Assembly (NCBI GenBank): GCA_030390025.1
Contig: CM059425.1
Coordinates: forward strand, 167,712,001 to 167,776,000
From: Squalus acanthias
Lineage: Eukaryota
Direction of reading: 5' to 3'
DNA length: 64,000 nucleotides
Shown here: positions 1 to 10,538 of the stretch, piece after piece
Layout of the letters: each line of letters starts with the position of its first letter
Position numbering within the stretch: position 1 is the stretch's first letter
The notes under the pieces: model-generated
The model's input: only the letters and a program-made list of their open reading frames with translations
The model's database searches: none
Told to the model about the DNA's origin: nothing
Position numbers and translations under genes: made by a program

Positions 1-378
1 TCATTGGTTCTCTCCATTGTTCTTTCCAGCAGATTTGATGTACAGGTCTCTCCAGGCCGAGATTCAAGGCTGCAATGAGCAGGATGTGGATGGAAAACAA
101 GATCAACCCTCCCCTTTAAGAACTGGCCGGCGTCATTGTGTCTGTGTTCCATTGCTGACTGACATCACATGAGCTTCGCCAGCGCTCTGAGTTAGCGCCT
201 CGCTCCTCGGCCTTTGCGCCTTAAGACAGATGTGTAGTGCCTGATTTAACACTCCAATCACCTTCAGGGGCGATAAAAGTCAAGTTTGCAGTTGGAGGCG
301 ATAATTAGCAGCAGGCGCTAATCTTTGCACCCGGCCGATAATTGCGCCCCAAATGGGGCGATACTGAATTTCTCCCCC
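1..378 (+). mobile_element. Right end of a non-autonomous Harbinger-like element (family A), cut by the window start
   Basis: Near-identical to ~7025-7345 and to the reverse complement of ~51591-51940. Ends ACTGAATTTCTCCCCC (TIR), followed by TAA. Confidence 0.85.
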
Positions 379-380
379 TA

Positions 381-518
381 AATGGGGTAGATGAGCAAAG
401 GGATCTACAGATACACAAATCACTAAAAGTAGCGATGCAGGTAAATAAGGCCATTAAAAAAAACAAGGACTGGAGTTTATTTCTAGAGAGATAGAATTGA
501 AAAGCAGGGAAGTCATGG
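381..518 (+). mobile_element. Degenerate CR1 ORF2 fragment
   Basis: Translates to NGVDEQRDL..IHKSLKVAMQVNKAIKK..FISREIELKSREVM, matching the post-RT region of the other CR1 copies here. Confidence 0.7.
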
Positions 519-1270
519 AAGGTAAGGTGTGGGACAAATGTTGAAAGGGGAATTGGGGTTGTGTTCATGGTACCGCAGACAGATGATTCAATCCCGAATA
601 TTCCAGCCAGAAAGGGGCTGTCTGGGTTACCTCCTTCTTTCTGCTTCCTCCTCTTCTGCTTCCTCCTCTTCTGCTTCCTTCTCTTTTGCTTCTTCCTCTT
701 CCTCCTCCTCCTCCTCTCTCTGCGAGCAGCTTGTTCCCTTTGCTGCCTCATTTCCATTTCCACGTCATGCTGCAGACCAAGGGTGACTGCAACTAGAGCC
801 CCCAGGACTGGGAGCAAGTGGTGTTCTCAGAGGCCTTCCTTTAAGAGCCAAAGCCTTGCAAGCATCCAGCAGCAATCTCTGCACACTTTAACAACTTTTT
901 AAATGTATTGCACCAAGCCACTACTCCAATAAAATGTAAATAAACCAGTACAAAAGAAAAAATCTAAACTTACCTGAAAGTTGCGTGTGCCCCTTTAAGA
1001 AGGGCTGGTATGGGGTCCGTCGTACTGTTGCACGTACGGCAACGTCCAAAATACCAGATCGTGCATCAATTCAGCGTTGCATACCAATTGACATCACGAT
1101 CTGACTCATCTAAATGTCTGGAGCAAGCGCAGGCAACGGCATCGCTGCTGACCTGCCCAAAATGCTGGCCGCCGCATTCCGCACCGGAAGTGGGTAGAAG
1201 GATGGCGGCCATCATTTTTTCTTCCAAATTGGCCTTAATGGCCAACGCGAACAGACCGAATTTCACGGCC
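519..1270 (-). mobile_element. Internally deleted Harbinger derivative retaining the acidic (GAG/GAA-rich) transposase tail
   Basis: TIR-like end GGCCGTGAAATTCGG at 1270 (minus), cf. GGCCATGAAATTCGG at 54698. About 519-690 is the reverse complement of ~27430-27610. Confidence 0.7.
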
Positions 1271-1637
1271 ATGGGGTCAGCTTCCACATCGTCTTTGGCG
1301 CCGCCACAAACAGGAGCTGCCATTTGCTCCAAGATACTCTGCATTGTAGAGAGGCCCTCTCTCTGATCGAGCCAAAAAAAGCTCAGCTGCCATCCGTACC
1401 ATTTGTCGCACATGTTTGGGAAAGTCTTTGCAGGGCATTCATATTGACCTAAAGTGTGAGGTGATGCATTTTGGCAGAAGGAACAGGGAGAGGCAATATA
1501 CACTTAATGGCACAGTTTTAAAGAGTGTGCAGGGACAGAGGGACCTGGGAGATAATGTGCATAGGTCCCTGAAGGTGGTGGGACATATTGAGAGAGTGGT
1601 TAGCAAAGCATATGGGATCTTGGGCTTCATAAATAGA

Positions 1638-1855
1638 AGCCATGATGTGGAGATGCTGGTGTTGGACTGGGGTGGACAAATGTGAGAAGTCGCACAACAC
1701 CAGGTTATAGTCCAACAGCTTTATTTGAAATCACAAGCTTTCGGAGCGCTGCTCCTTCGTCAGACTTCACCTGACGAAGGAGCAGCGCTCCGAAAGCTTG
1801 TGATTTCAAATAAAGCTGTTGGACTATAACCTGGTGTTGTGCGACTTCTCACATT
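1638..1855. mobile_element. Penelope-derived non-autonomous hairpin insertion
   Basis: Perfect 85-bp inverted repeat (1679-1763 / 1771-1855) with a 7-nt loop. Flanked by a 12-bp duplication TTCATAAATAGA (1626-1637, 1854-1865). Interrupts the CR1 reading frame. Confidence 0.8.
1767..1803 (+). ncRNA. Minimal type I hammerhead ribozyme motif
   Basis: TCAC-CTGACGA-a-GGAGC-agc-GCTCC-GAAA-GCTT-GTGA: helix I TCAC/GTGA, conserved CUGANGA and GAAA cores, helix II, and palindromic AAGCTT in place of helix III, as described for Penelope-like elements. Confidence 0.7.
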
Positions 1856-2761
1856 CATAAATAGAGGTATTGAGTACAAAAGTAGAGATGTCATGCTGAA
1901 CATTTATAAAGTGCTAGTTAGGCCACAACTGGAGTATTGCGTCCAGTTCTGGTCACCACACTTTAGGAAGGATGTGAAGGCCCTTGAGAGGGTGCAGAGG
2001 AGACTTACCAGAATGGTTCCGGGGATGGGGGATCCTAGCTACAAGGACAGATTGGAGAAGCTGGATTTGTTTTCATTAGAGCAAAGGAGGTTGAGGGGTG
2101 ATTTGATACAGGTGTACAAGATTATGACGGGTTTGGATAGGCTAGACAGGGAAAGGCTGTTCCCACTAGTTGATGGTACAAGGCCTAGGGGACACAGATT
2201 TAAGGTTTTGGGCAAGAGATACAGGGGGAATGTGAGGAAAAACTTTTTTACACAGCGAGTGGTGATGACCTGGAACTCGCTGCCGACAGAAGTGGTGGAA
2301 GTGGAGACACGCCACTCCACATATTTTCAAGGGGAGACTGGATAGGCACTTGAGGGAAATAAACTTGCAGGACTACGGGGATAGAGCGGGGGAATGGGAC
2401 TAACTGGATTGCTCTACAGAGAGCTGGCACGGACTCGATGGGCCGAATGACCTCCTTCTGTGCCGTTATGACTCCATGGGGGCGATTTTCTCACTGGAGG
2501 CGAGATGCCGGCGGGTTTCAGTTTGGGTGGGTTTGAAACCCGCCTCCACTGATAGTTTTCAAAAATTTGCGATTTTCCCCTGATTGGCCAGTTGATTTCA
2601 GAGGTGTGGGATGCCCTTGGTCAATTAGTGTTTAGGGACTCAAACTCGCCTCTGCTGACATCACTTTTCCAGTCTGATTTAAGGGCTGCTTGCGGCCTTG
2701 GCTCATTCCACGGGATTTCTGCCTATGCTGCACCACCTGCAACATATTCTGAGAAACCACA

Positions 2762-2946
2762 ATGTCCAATTCCAAGGCAAGGGCCTCCCCATGGCTCTCG
2801 AATGAGGCGCTGCAAATGTTGTTTGAGTGGGTGACAGCTAGCAGGGAGGTGCTCTTCCACTCATCTGGGAGGAAGAGGCCTCCCAAAGAAACCAAGGCTG
2901 TGTGGGTCCAGCTGACAAGGGATATAACCTCCAGATCTGTGTGCAG
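2762..2946 (+). pseudogene. Truncated exon 1 of the Harbinger Myb/SANT-like DNA-binding gene
   Basis: MSNSKARASPWLSNEALQML..AVWVQLTRDITSRSVC, homologous to 61237-61422. Breaks off at the deletion. Confidence 0.8.
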
Positions 2947-3202
2947 ATTGGGAGAATGTTTCTGTGTATTGATGAAATGCCATCCCTGTTGGAAAGCATT
3001 AAAATGATTTGATGCCAAAATGTTGGCGTTATGGCATCTGTTCTTTCACCTTAGGCAGCTCCACATTGCGGGCTCCGCCACACTTGCGTTGTCAGGTTGG
3101 TGGCCTGAGTGGAAGGAGGCCAGAGAGTCATGTCCATTGTCAATGATGTCTTAGGATGGAGCCAAGGACATGTGCCAACTTGGGCAACCTATGCAAATCT
3201 GG

Positions 3203-4533
3203 TCAGGATAAGTTCATCCCTTGCATCCCAGGCAGCCATGTGCTCGCGTGCTGCCGCTGCTGCTGGTTGATAGACCAGTGCTCTGACCTCCTTCTGCTCC
3301 TCTTCCTCCCCCGATCCTCTTCCTCCTCCTCTAGATCCTCCTCCTCCTCCGCCTCCTCCTCCTCCGCCTCCTCCTCCTCCTCCTCATCTGAGGAGGGCTG
3401 GAACTGAGCCACTTGCTCATCAGGAAGCTGCAAGCCACGACGCTGTGCCATGTTGTGCAGTGCACAGCAGACCACGACCATTCTGGAGACCCTGTATGGT
3501 GTATACTGCAGGGCTCCACCTGATCGGTCAAGGCAACGGAAGCGCATCTTCAACAACCCAATGTTTTGCTCGATGATGAACCTGGTCGAAGTGTGGCTGG
3601 CGTTGTAGCGCTCTTCAGCCTCGTTAGCTGGCCTCCTGATCGGCGTCATTAGCCACTTCTTTAGGGGGTAGCCTTTGTCACCAAGGAGCCGTCCATTAAG
3701 TTGGTTTGGCGGATTGAAAAGCGGAGGAACACTCGAGTGCCGCAGGATGAAAGAGTCAGGCAACTACCACAGAACTTGGAGCAAACATGCAAGAACTCCT
3801 TCTTGTGGTTACACACCAGCTGTACATTGAGGGAGTGGAAGCCCTTTCGGTTGACAAAGCTAGCTGGGTTGTGATGGGGTGCCCTAAGGGCCACATGTGT
3901 GCATTCTATGATGCCCTGCACCATTGGCATGCCTGCCATATTTGCAAAGCCAACCAAACGGGCGGTTATACTTGCTTGATCCCTTGAGAACTGGATGTAA
4001 TTGTACGCCTTAGCGAAAAGGGTATTGGTAACCTGCATGATGCAACTGTGGGCGGTCGACTGGGAGATGCCGCTGATGTCTGCTGATGATCCCTGGAAGG
4101 AGCCTGAGGCAAAGAAGCTGAGTGCGGTGGTGACTTTGACAGCCACTGGTAAGGGGTGGCCACCCGTTCCTCTGGGGACCAGGTGGTGCTGCAGCAGTCC
4201 GCAGATTTCTCGGACAACCTCTCGCGAAAGTCTCAGCCTCCTTTGGCACTGCTGCTCACTCATGTTGAGGTAGCTCATCCTCTGTCTGTAAACCCTCTGT
4301 CGGGGGTATCTCCTGCGGCGAGGTGCCTCAATGTGCTGGCGCCTTCTGCCCTGTGCAGCATCAGGTGGCTGAGCAGGAGGTTGGGGCTCCTGCTGCTGTT
4401 GCTGCTGAGCTGCCTGAGCAGGAGGTTGGGGCTCCTGCTGCTGTTGCTCCTGTGCTGCCTGGTTCTGCTGCTGCTGTGGATGCTCCTGATCCAAATCTGA
4501 GGTCCATGGAGAAAGGAAACAAATGGTTCCCAT
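3203..4533 (-). pseudogene. Harbinger (HARBI1-like, DDE_Tnp_4) transposase with one frameshift
   Basis: [19 protein letters not shown] (first catalytic D appears as E), [26 protein letters not shown] and [16 protein letters not shown] motifs. A 1-bp loss near 3760 splits GSCHDSFIL. Confidence 0.92.
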
Positions 4534-5519
4534 GCTGCTTGCAGATGCCTCCGTTGGGGAAGCGCTCATTGCAAGCGGGGAGAGAGTCTTCCAAGGAAAT
4601 CCCACAGTTGATAGATTCAAGCTGCAGCACCTCTGACTTCAGAAGGCCTTCTAAAAGTGCTCAAAGACCTTTTAAAGCAAAGTTCTGGAACCTGCAAGTA
4701 ATCCTTGATGAAATAAACGATGTATTGTTGGACCTGCAGCTGTGAGGAGACCACCCATGAGTCAACCCACCAGGTTTAGCTGGCGTGGCTTAGGAGGGTC
4801 GTGGAACACGCCAAAATGCTCGAAAAATCATGAGGGCCTCTCAAAGTAGGCTTAGAGAGGCCCTTAATGATGTTAACTAACGCTATGGCCAGCTGGAGGT
4901 GGGACCGTTCCCGACAGGCAAAATCCCACGGAGGTGGGTTGGAGGCGGGTTCCGAACCCGCCCTCATTGTTTCTGATTTTCCCGCCTTTCCCGCCTCCAA
5001 ACCCGCCTCCTCCGACGTCAGAAAATCGCCCCTATGACTCTAATGCTCTGCAAGCAGTTACCTTTGAGTGGCAGGGTTTGCTAGATGTCAGAGCCTGGTT
5101 GTTGAGCTTTAGATGAGGATCTTGCATCTCCAAGGCCTCCTCACAGATACATCATACTCCACCTCCAATATCTCATCCTCTTGTGAGTTGTGAATTACTC
5201 TATGTCAATTCCTCATAAAAACCATTTTATCACCCGAGTTAACCTACCTGGGCTGCTGAATGCAAATGGCAGGATTCATGATGGAGTCAGCTAATTTCTA
5301 CTGGCAATGCCAGATATTGTAGGTTCTGGCATTGGTTCTTTTTCACTCTGCAGAATCTTTCTTGCTTCCAGCTTCTGTGGAGAATGAAAATTGTAATGAG
5401 TTCTCTGCTCTCTGCTTTTTCCTTCCTGTTAGGCTTGTGTAAGGGTCCCCTCGAGGTATGAGCCTCAAAAAAGAGAAACCATTTAAGATCATTAGCACTC
5501 GGTCAGCATAAAACCACCA

Positions 5520-6074
5520 TTAGCGAGTGACTTCCAGGATTTCCACTGCCTCATCCTCCTGCTTCCCTGCTACTGTAGCTTGTCCTTCTTGGTAATTGTG
5601 GGCAATCTTTTCCCACATGATAAAATAAGCTTGTTATTGTCAGTCACAGGTTATTAGAATTTGATAACTATTTTAAAAATTCTCATTATTTCTCTTCTAG
5701 AATTCCCACAGAAATAGTGAGCCTTCAACAAACATGCATGCATTGCAGGAGGCGGTCTCCATTTAAATGAAGATTTCTACATGTAGTTGTCATTACAGTT
5801 CATTTAGTGCATAGATTACGCTTAGATTTGTAAACGCACTTTTAGGGAAAATATAGGTGTGTCATTCAAAAGGTATTAAATATACATTAACAACAGTGGG
5901 CAGCCACTGAACTTACCTTTGCTGGCTTTGTGAGGGCATCAAATTTCATCCTGCATCGCAGAGGGTGCCTAGGAGTTAGGGAGTTGCCACTCACTACCTG
6001 TGCCACCTCTTTCCACATGGTCTTGTCTCTTGTATTGGCAGGTCTTTTGCTATACACTTCATAACTCCTCTTAC
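5520..6074 (-). pseudogene. Old, divergent Harbinger-type Myb/SANT-like gene remnant (two exons)
   Basis: 6074-5917 reads ..MWKEVAQVVSGNSLTPRHPLRCRMKFDALTKPAK, followed by GTAAGT. 5612-5520 reads EKIAHNYQEGQATVAG.., matching the exon 2 starts (EKVAHN, ERAHN) of other copies. Confidence 0.7.
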
Positions 6075-6162
6075 CTAATTTAAGTTAAAACAATATTTAC
6101 ATAATTCTCAGAGATTCAGGTCCTCTTTGTGGTTCCTTTTTGACCCATGCTTTCAAATCACT

Positions 6163-6515
6163 AGATTATGACGGGTTTGGATAGGCTAGACGGGGAAAGG
6201 CTGTTCCCACTAGTTGATGGTACAAGAACTAGGAGACACAGATTTAAGGTTTTGGGCAAGAGATACAGGGGGGCTGTGAGGAAAAACTTTTTTACGCAGC
6301 GAGTGGTGAGGACCTGAAACTCGCTGCCGACAGAAGTGGTGGAAGCGGAGACACTCAATGTTTTCAAGGGGAGACTGGATAGGCACTTGAGGGAAATAAA
6401 CTTGCAGGGCTACGGGGATAGAGCGGGGGGAATGGGATTGACTGGATTGCTCTACAGTGAGCCGGCACAGACTCAATGGGCCGAATGGTCTTGTTCTGTG
6501 CCGTTATGACTCTAT
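6163..6515 (+). mobile_element. Short 3' CR1 fragment; tail continues at 7346-7357
   Basis: Near-identical to 2119-2477 and 44540-44892. Confidence 0.9.
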
Positions 6516-7345
6516 GGGAGAAAAATTCGGTTGCTTTGTGCCTCCCGTTAGCGCCGTAAGAGGGCGCTAATGGGGTGCAAAGCAACTAGCGCCCGGGTGC
6601 GGTGATGTTTGCGCCACTCATGAAATTAACCAGACATTTTGTGGTGGCGCTAAACACTACTGCCACGATCTCCTGTGCCCACAGATCGTGACGTCAGTCG
6701 AGCGTGCAACGCCCCGGTAGCACCCCGGACCGGATTTAAGTGGTGCCCCCTGCCTTTCCGCCTGCCGTTAGCAACGACAGGTTGAGGGGAGCGTTTCGCA
6801 GTCGGAAAGGGATGGGGGAGTGCTATTTAAAGGCGGCCGCTTCCTGCCTTTTTTTGTCGGCAACATTTTTTCACCACACATTCTGAGAGAGAGAGAGTTC
6901 TGGAGAGATTCAACGCTGTGTGAAGGAGTTTTGGGTACTGAGCAGCACTTTGCAGGTTCATTTTGATTTGGCCTTCCTTGCATCGATTTAGAAGAGACTA
7001 TGGGGGCTGCACTCTGAGCTCTTTCCCTGGGCCTCTCCATTGTTCTTTTCAGCAGAATTGATGTACAGGTCTCTCCAGGCCGAGATTCAAGGCTGCAATG
7101 AGCAGGGTGTGGATGGAGAGCAAGATCGACCCTCCCCTTTAAGAACTGGCCGGTGCCAGTGTGTCTGTGTTCCATTGCTGACTGACATCACATGAGCTTC
7201 ACCAGCACTCTGAGTTAGCGCCTCACTGCTCGGCATTAGAGCCTTAAGAGAGGTGTGAAGCACCTGGTTTAGCGCTCCAATCACCTCCAGAGGCGATAGA
7301 AGCCAAGTTTGCAGTTAGAGGCGATAATTAGTGAAGTTCTCCCCT
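6516..7345 (+). mobile_element. Non-autonomous Harbinger-like element (family A), ~830 bp
   Basis: Imperfect TIRs GGGAGAAAAATTC / GAAGTTCTCCCCT; TAT duplicated at 6513-6515 and 7346-7348; no coding capacity. Confidence 0.88.
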
Positions 7346-7639
7346 TATGACTCTATGCTGGTTCTGCTTTAAGAGCCCCAGATTTAAATGCATCATGTTA
7401 CATACTAAAGTGCTTCTTCCATCCCCCTCCCTACATTTTTTCCGGGTTTCATGGTGCAAGTAACAAATTGCTGGCGGGATATGTCTCATCCAGCAATATT
7501 GAAATGAGCTGACTCCAGGATTTCTCATGGTTTGGTGGCACAACGATTGTACAGGAGAAAGTTCTCACCTGCTGCATATACAGCAGTGGATAGTGGATCC
7601 TAGAACTTTGGGCCCACTACTTTTATTAAAACTTGCATC

Positions 7640-7925
7640 AGTGTCTTGCTCCAGATTGCTTGTCTGACATCCAGTCTTACATGAGCCACAATTTCCTACA
7701 GTTAAACATGGGAAGACCAAAGTCATTGTCATCGGCTCCTGCCATTAACTCCGCACCCTCGCCACCAATTCCATCGCACTCCCTCGCCATTGTCTCAGGT
7801 TGAACCAGACTGCACGCAGCCTTGGTGTCCTATTTGACCAACTCATATCCTCTTCATTACAAAGACCATCTACTTCTACATCTGTAAACTTCAGTTCATC
7901 CGAAACTCTGCTACTCGAATCCAGC
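7640..7925 (+). mobile_element. L2-like LINE ORF2 fragment
   Basis: DCLSDIQSYMSHNFLQLN..KTKVIVIG..NSIALPRHCLRLNQTARSLGVLFD, a typical L2 post-RT segment, frameshifted. Confidence 0.7.
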
Positions 7926-10538
7926 TAAGGTTGTCATAGTGCATCCTTGGTATTGTTATCATGTGATGTGGGTTGTCAGTGGTGCATTCTGGCCATTTTA
8001 GTTCCATAGATGCAACTACCAGGACTTGAGAGAAATTTCCAATTCTGGAATGGAGGCAGAACTCAAGGCCACACTACGAAGAAGTAGGCCTCTGTGGAGA
8101 AACTTTGTGTAGAAGCTTCTAATATTAAATTATTAATTTTATGGGTAAGTTTAATCAATTTGATGTGAAATATTTATATGGCTATACATTCCGCTGGGTC
8201 AGAAGTATAAATGATAGCTGAAAACACTTGGGAAAAAGTAAATTCAGTGATGTGATTGGTTGAAAATGCAGCCCTTTTAGTGTTGCTTTTTGTGGAATCT
8301 TTGCTACTCTACATTTCAGCAAATCATTGTGGTTAAGGTGTCCATTTGATCCAAAGCGAAAAGCCCATTTTTTTCCAGAAACAGATAGATTTAATTGCCA
8401 TCCTATACATTTTAGCTGTGATGTGCTATACCCAAAACTTTTAATTCTGTAGATTTTATTGCTTTACTTCATGTGCTTATACCTACCACAGCAGTGTTCC
8501 AGAAACCTGCAGCACCATGTTGTGCCATATGCTGTAGCACTAACTTACTGTCGTCGTGAAGAAAATAAAATGTGGCCCACACTCGTGTAGTCCCACTTTG
8601 TGACTCTCGAGCTAATGCAGGATATGAACCTGTGATGAGTTTTGCAGTTGATGGTTATTTTGCACAAATGTGAATTGATTCAAAACTTTCAATATTTTGA
8701 TGAGGCAGAAATTACCATAATATAATAAAGTACTTTCAGACAATTATGAGAGTCAGAGCTTGGAGACATGGGGTTAGTACAGGTCTGGGATAAATTTAGC
8801 AGGTGGTGCAATGGGATTTCCTAAGGGTTGTTATACACAATTACAAGGAAAGGCATAATTTCAAACAGCATTTTACATCAGTATGTAGTACCTGAGTTAC
8901 AGAGTCTTGGCATTCTGCCAATTATTACTGTTGTACCTCAGGGTACATTAGATTCCCTTTTTCATTTCTATCCACTGGTTTCATTTCATTTTGTGCACAA
9001 TTTCAGGCCATTCATTCCAATATATTATATCAACATTGTACTACAACTATAATGTCTCTGAGAAGGAACTTGGGTTCGTGAGATAGCTTTAATGCAGTGT
9101 GATTATTTGTGTCTCCTTTATAGTTTAATCTTTCGACATGCTCTTTTTCCTGTCTTAGTTTTTGATGTTGAGCAAACACATCAATGTGGGGTCAGTAGTA
9201 GACTGTACACCTTTCTTTTCAACTTGTTAAGATAATTGCTATGCATTAGGAACCTCACATACTGAACTTTTCATGCACAACACGAAACATTATGCTGCTT
9301 ACCAGTCTTGGCAAAATATCTTGGCCCAGAAATTCGATGGCACCGCACCAGTTTTTCAAGCCCAAAATGGGCACCTAAGCATCCAATATGGCGGGCGGGA
9401 CACGTGTGCTCATTACGCACTGGAAGTGCACCGTCCAGCATATTGAATCGGGCTACTCCATAGGCATCCAGGGTGCATGCCATAACTATTTAAATCGCTG
9501 ATTAAAATATTTAAATAAGGGTCCTACGCTTGTTGTAGGATCCTTTTGCGATATTTGCCTGCTCCAGCACCTGACTCGTGATGAACTCACCCAGCAAGTC
9601 GTGGTGTGAACAGCCAGGAAGGACCCTTCAGCAGCCCTATTTAACAGGCTCATCCACTACATACAGGTTCGTTGTTTGTTTGTCAATTGAAGCTGCTGGT
9701 GAAATTCTAGGCCTTTTTTTGGCCTGCTTTCTGACTTATAGAATTGATTTCTGATTGCTGAGAATACGTTTTTGCTGGTGCTGGACTGTTATTAGCTGCC
9801 TTCTAAACACTTTTACTTCAGTCATGGGTGGTCTGGTAGGGCTGCCTTTGGGGATCGAGATGCAGGTATTCCTCCTGGTGTAGAGATCCTCACTTACCTC
9901 ACTGATACAATGGTGGAGGATTAGGTGGAGCATCAAGGAAGACAGGAGAGAGCAGGAGCAGCTCACAGAAGAGAGGAGAGGAGGACACCGCGTAGGAGGC
10001 CATACCCACAGTGAGTCATCAGGGAGCATTTCTCCAACATCAATTTCTCGGAGGATTGCCTCCATTTAAAAAGGAGGTTGTCACCGAGCTGTGTGACCTC
10101 CTGCAGCCACAACCCGAGCCTCATACCAGGGCATGGACAACACTGCCTGCGGCTGTCAAGGTCACCACGGCCCTTAACTTTTATGCCACAGGCTCCTTTC
10201 AGGCTTCAGCAGGTGACATCAGCGACATCTCCCAGTTTGCAATTCACCGTTATGTCAGGAAAGTCACCGAGGCTCTCTTCACCAGGAGAAACATCTGCAT
10301 TTCCTTCCCTATTGCCAGGGCGAAGCAGGATGAAAGAGCACTAGCTTTTGTCCACATGGCAGGCTTCACTAGGGCCCAAGGTGCCGTAGACTGCACTCAC
10401 ATTGCCTTGGGTGCTCCCCATCACTAGCCTGCCATCTTTCTTAGTAGAAAGGGATTCCACTCCATCAGCATCCAGCTGGTTTGTGACTACAGGCAGAGCA
10501 TCATGCAGGTCTGTGCCTAGGTTCCTGGCAGCAGTCAT

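Larger units (their letters stand above)
1451..2477 (+). mobile_element. 5'-truncated CR1 LINE (ORF2 C-terminus plus 3' UTR); tail continues at 5033-5045
   Basis: KCEVMHFG, RPQLEYCVQFWSP and FFTQRVV..WNSLP motifs; TATGACTC tail; same subfamily as 43212-44892. Confidence 0.92.
2478..5032. mobile_element. PIF/Harbinger DNA transposon (family B), transposase retained, Myb gene mostly deleted
   Basis: TIRs GGGGCGATTTTC / GAAAATCGCCCC; 3-bp flanks CAT / TAT; colinear with 60967-64000 apart from an internal deletion. Confidence 0.93.

Noticed and set aside
305..902. Arg/Lys-rich and Phe/Leu-rich ORFs
   Set aside because: Alternative-frame readings of the GAG/GAA acidic tail of a decayed transposase.
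1271..1450. Minus-strand segment with a PVCGG motif, faintly like a LINE C-terminal zinc finger
   Set aside because: Too short and diverged to assign.
5432..5454. Possible 23-bp plus-strand micro-exon with strong polypyrimidine tract and GTATGA donor
   Set aside because: Lies antisense to the probable continuation of a decayed Myb-like gene; not frame-preserving and unsupported.
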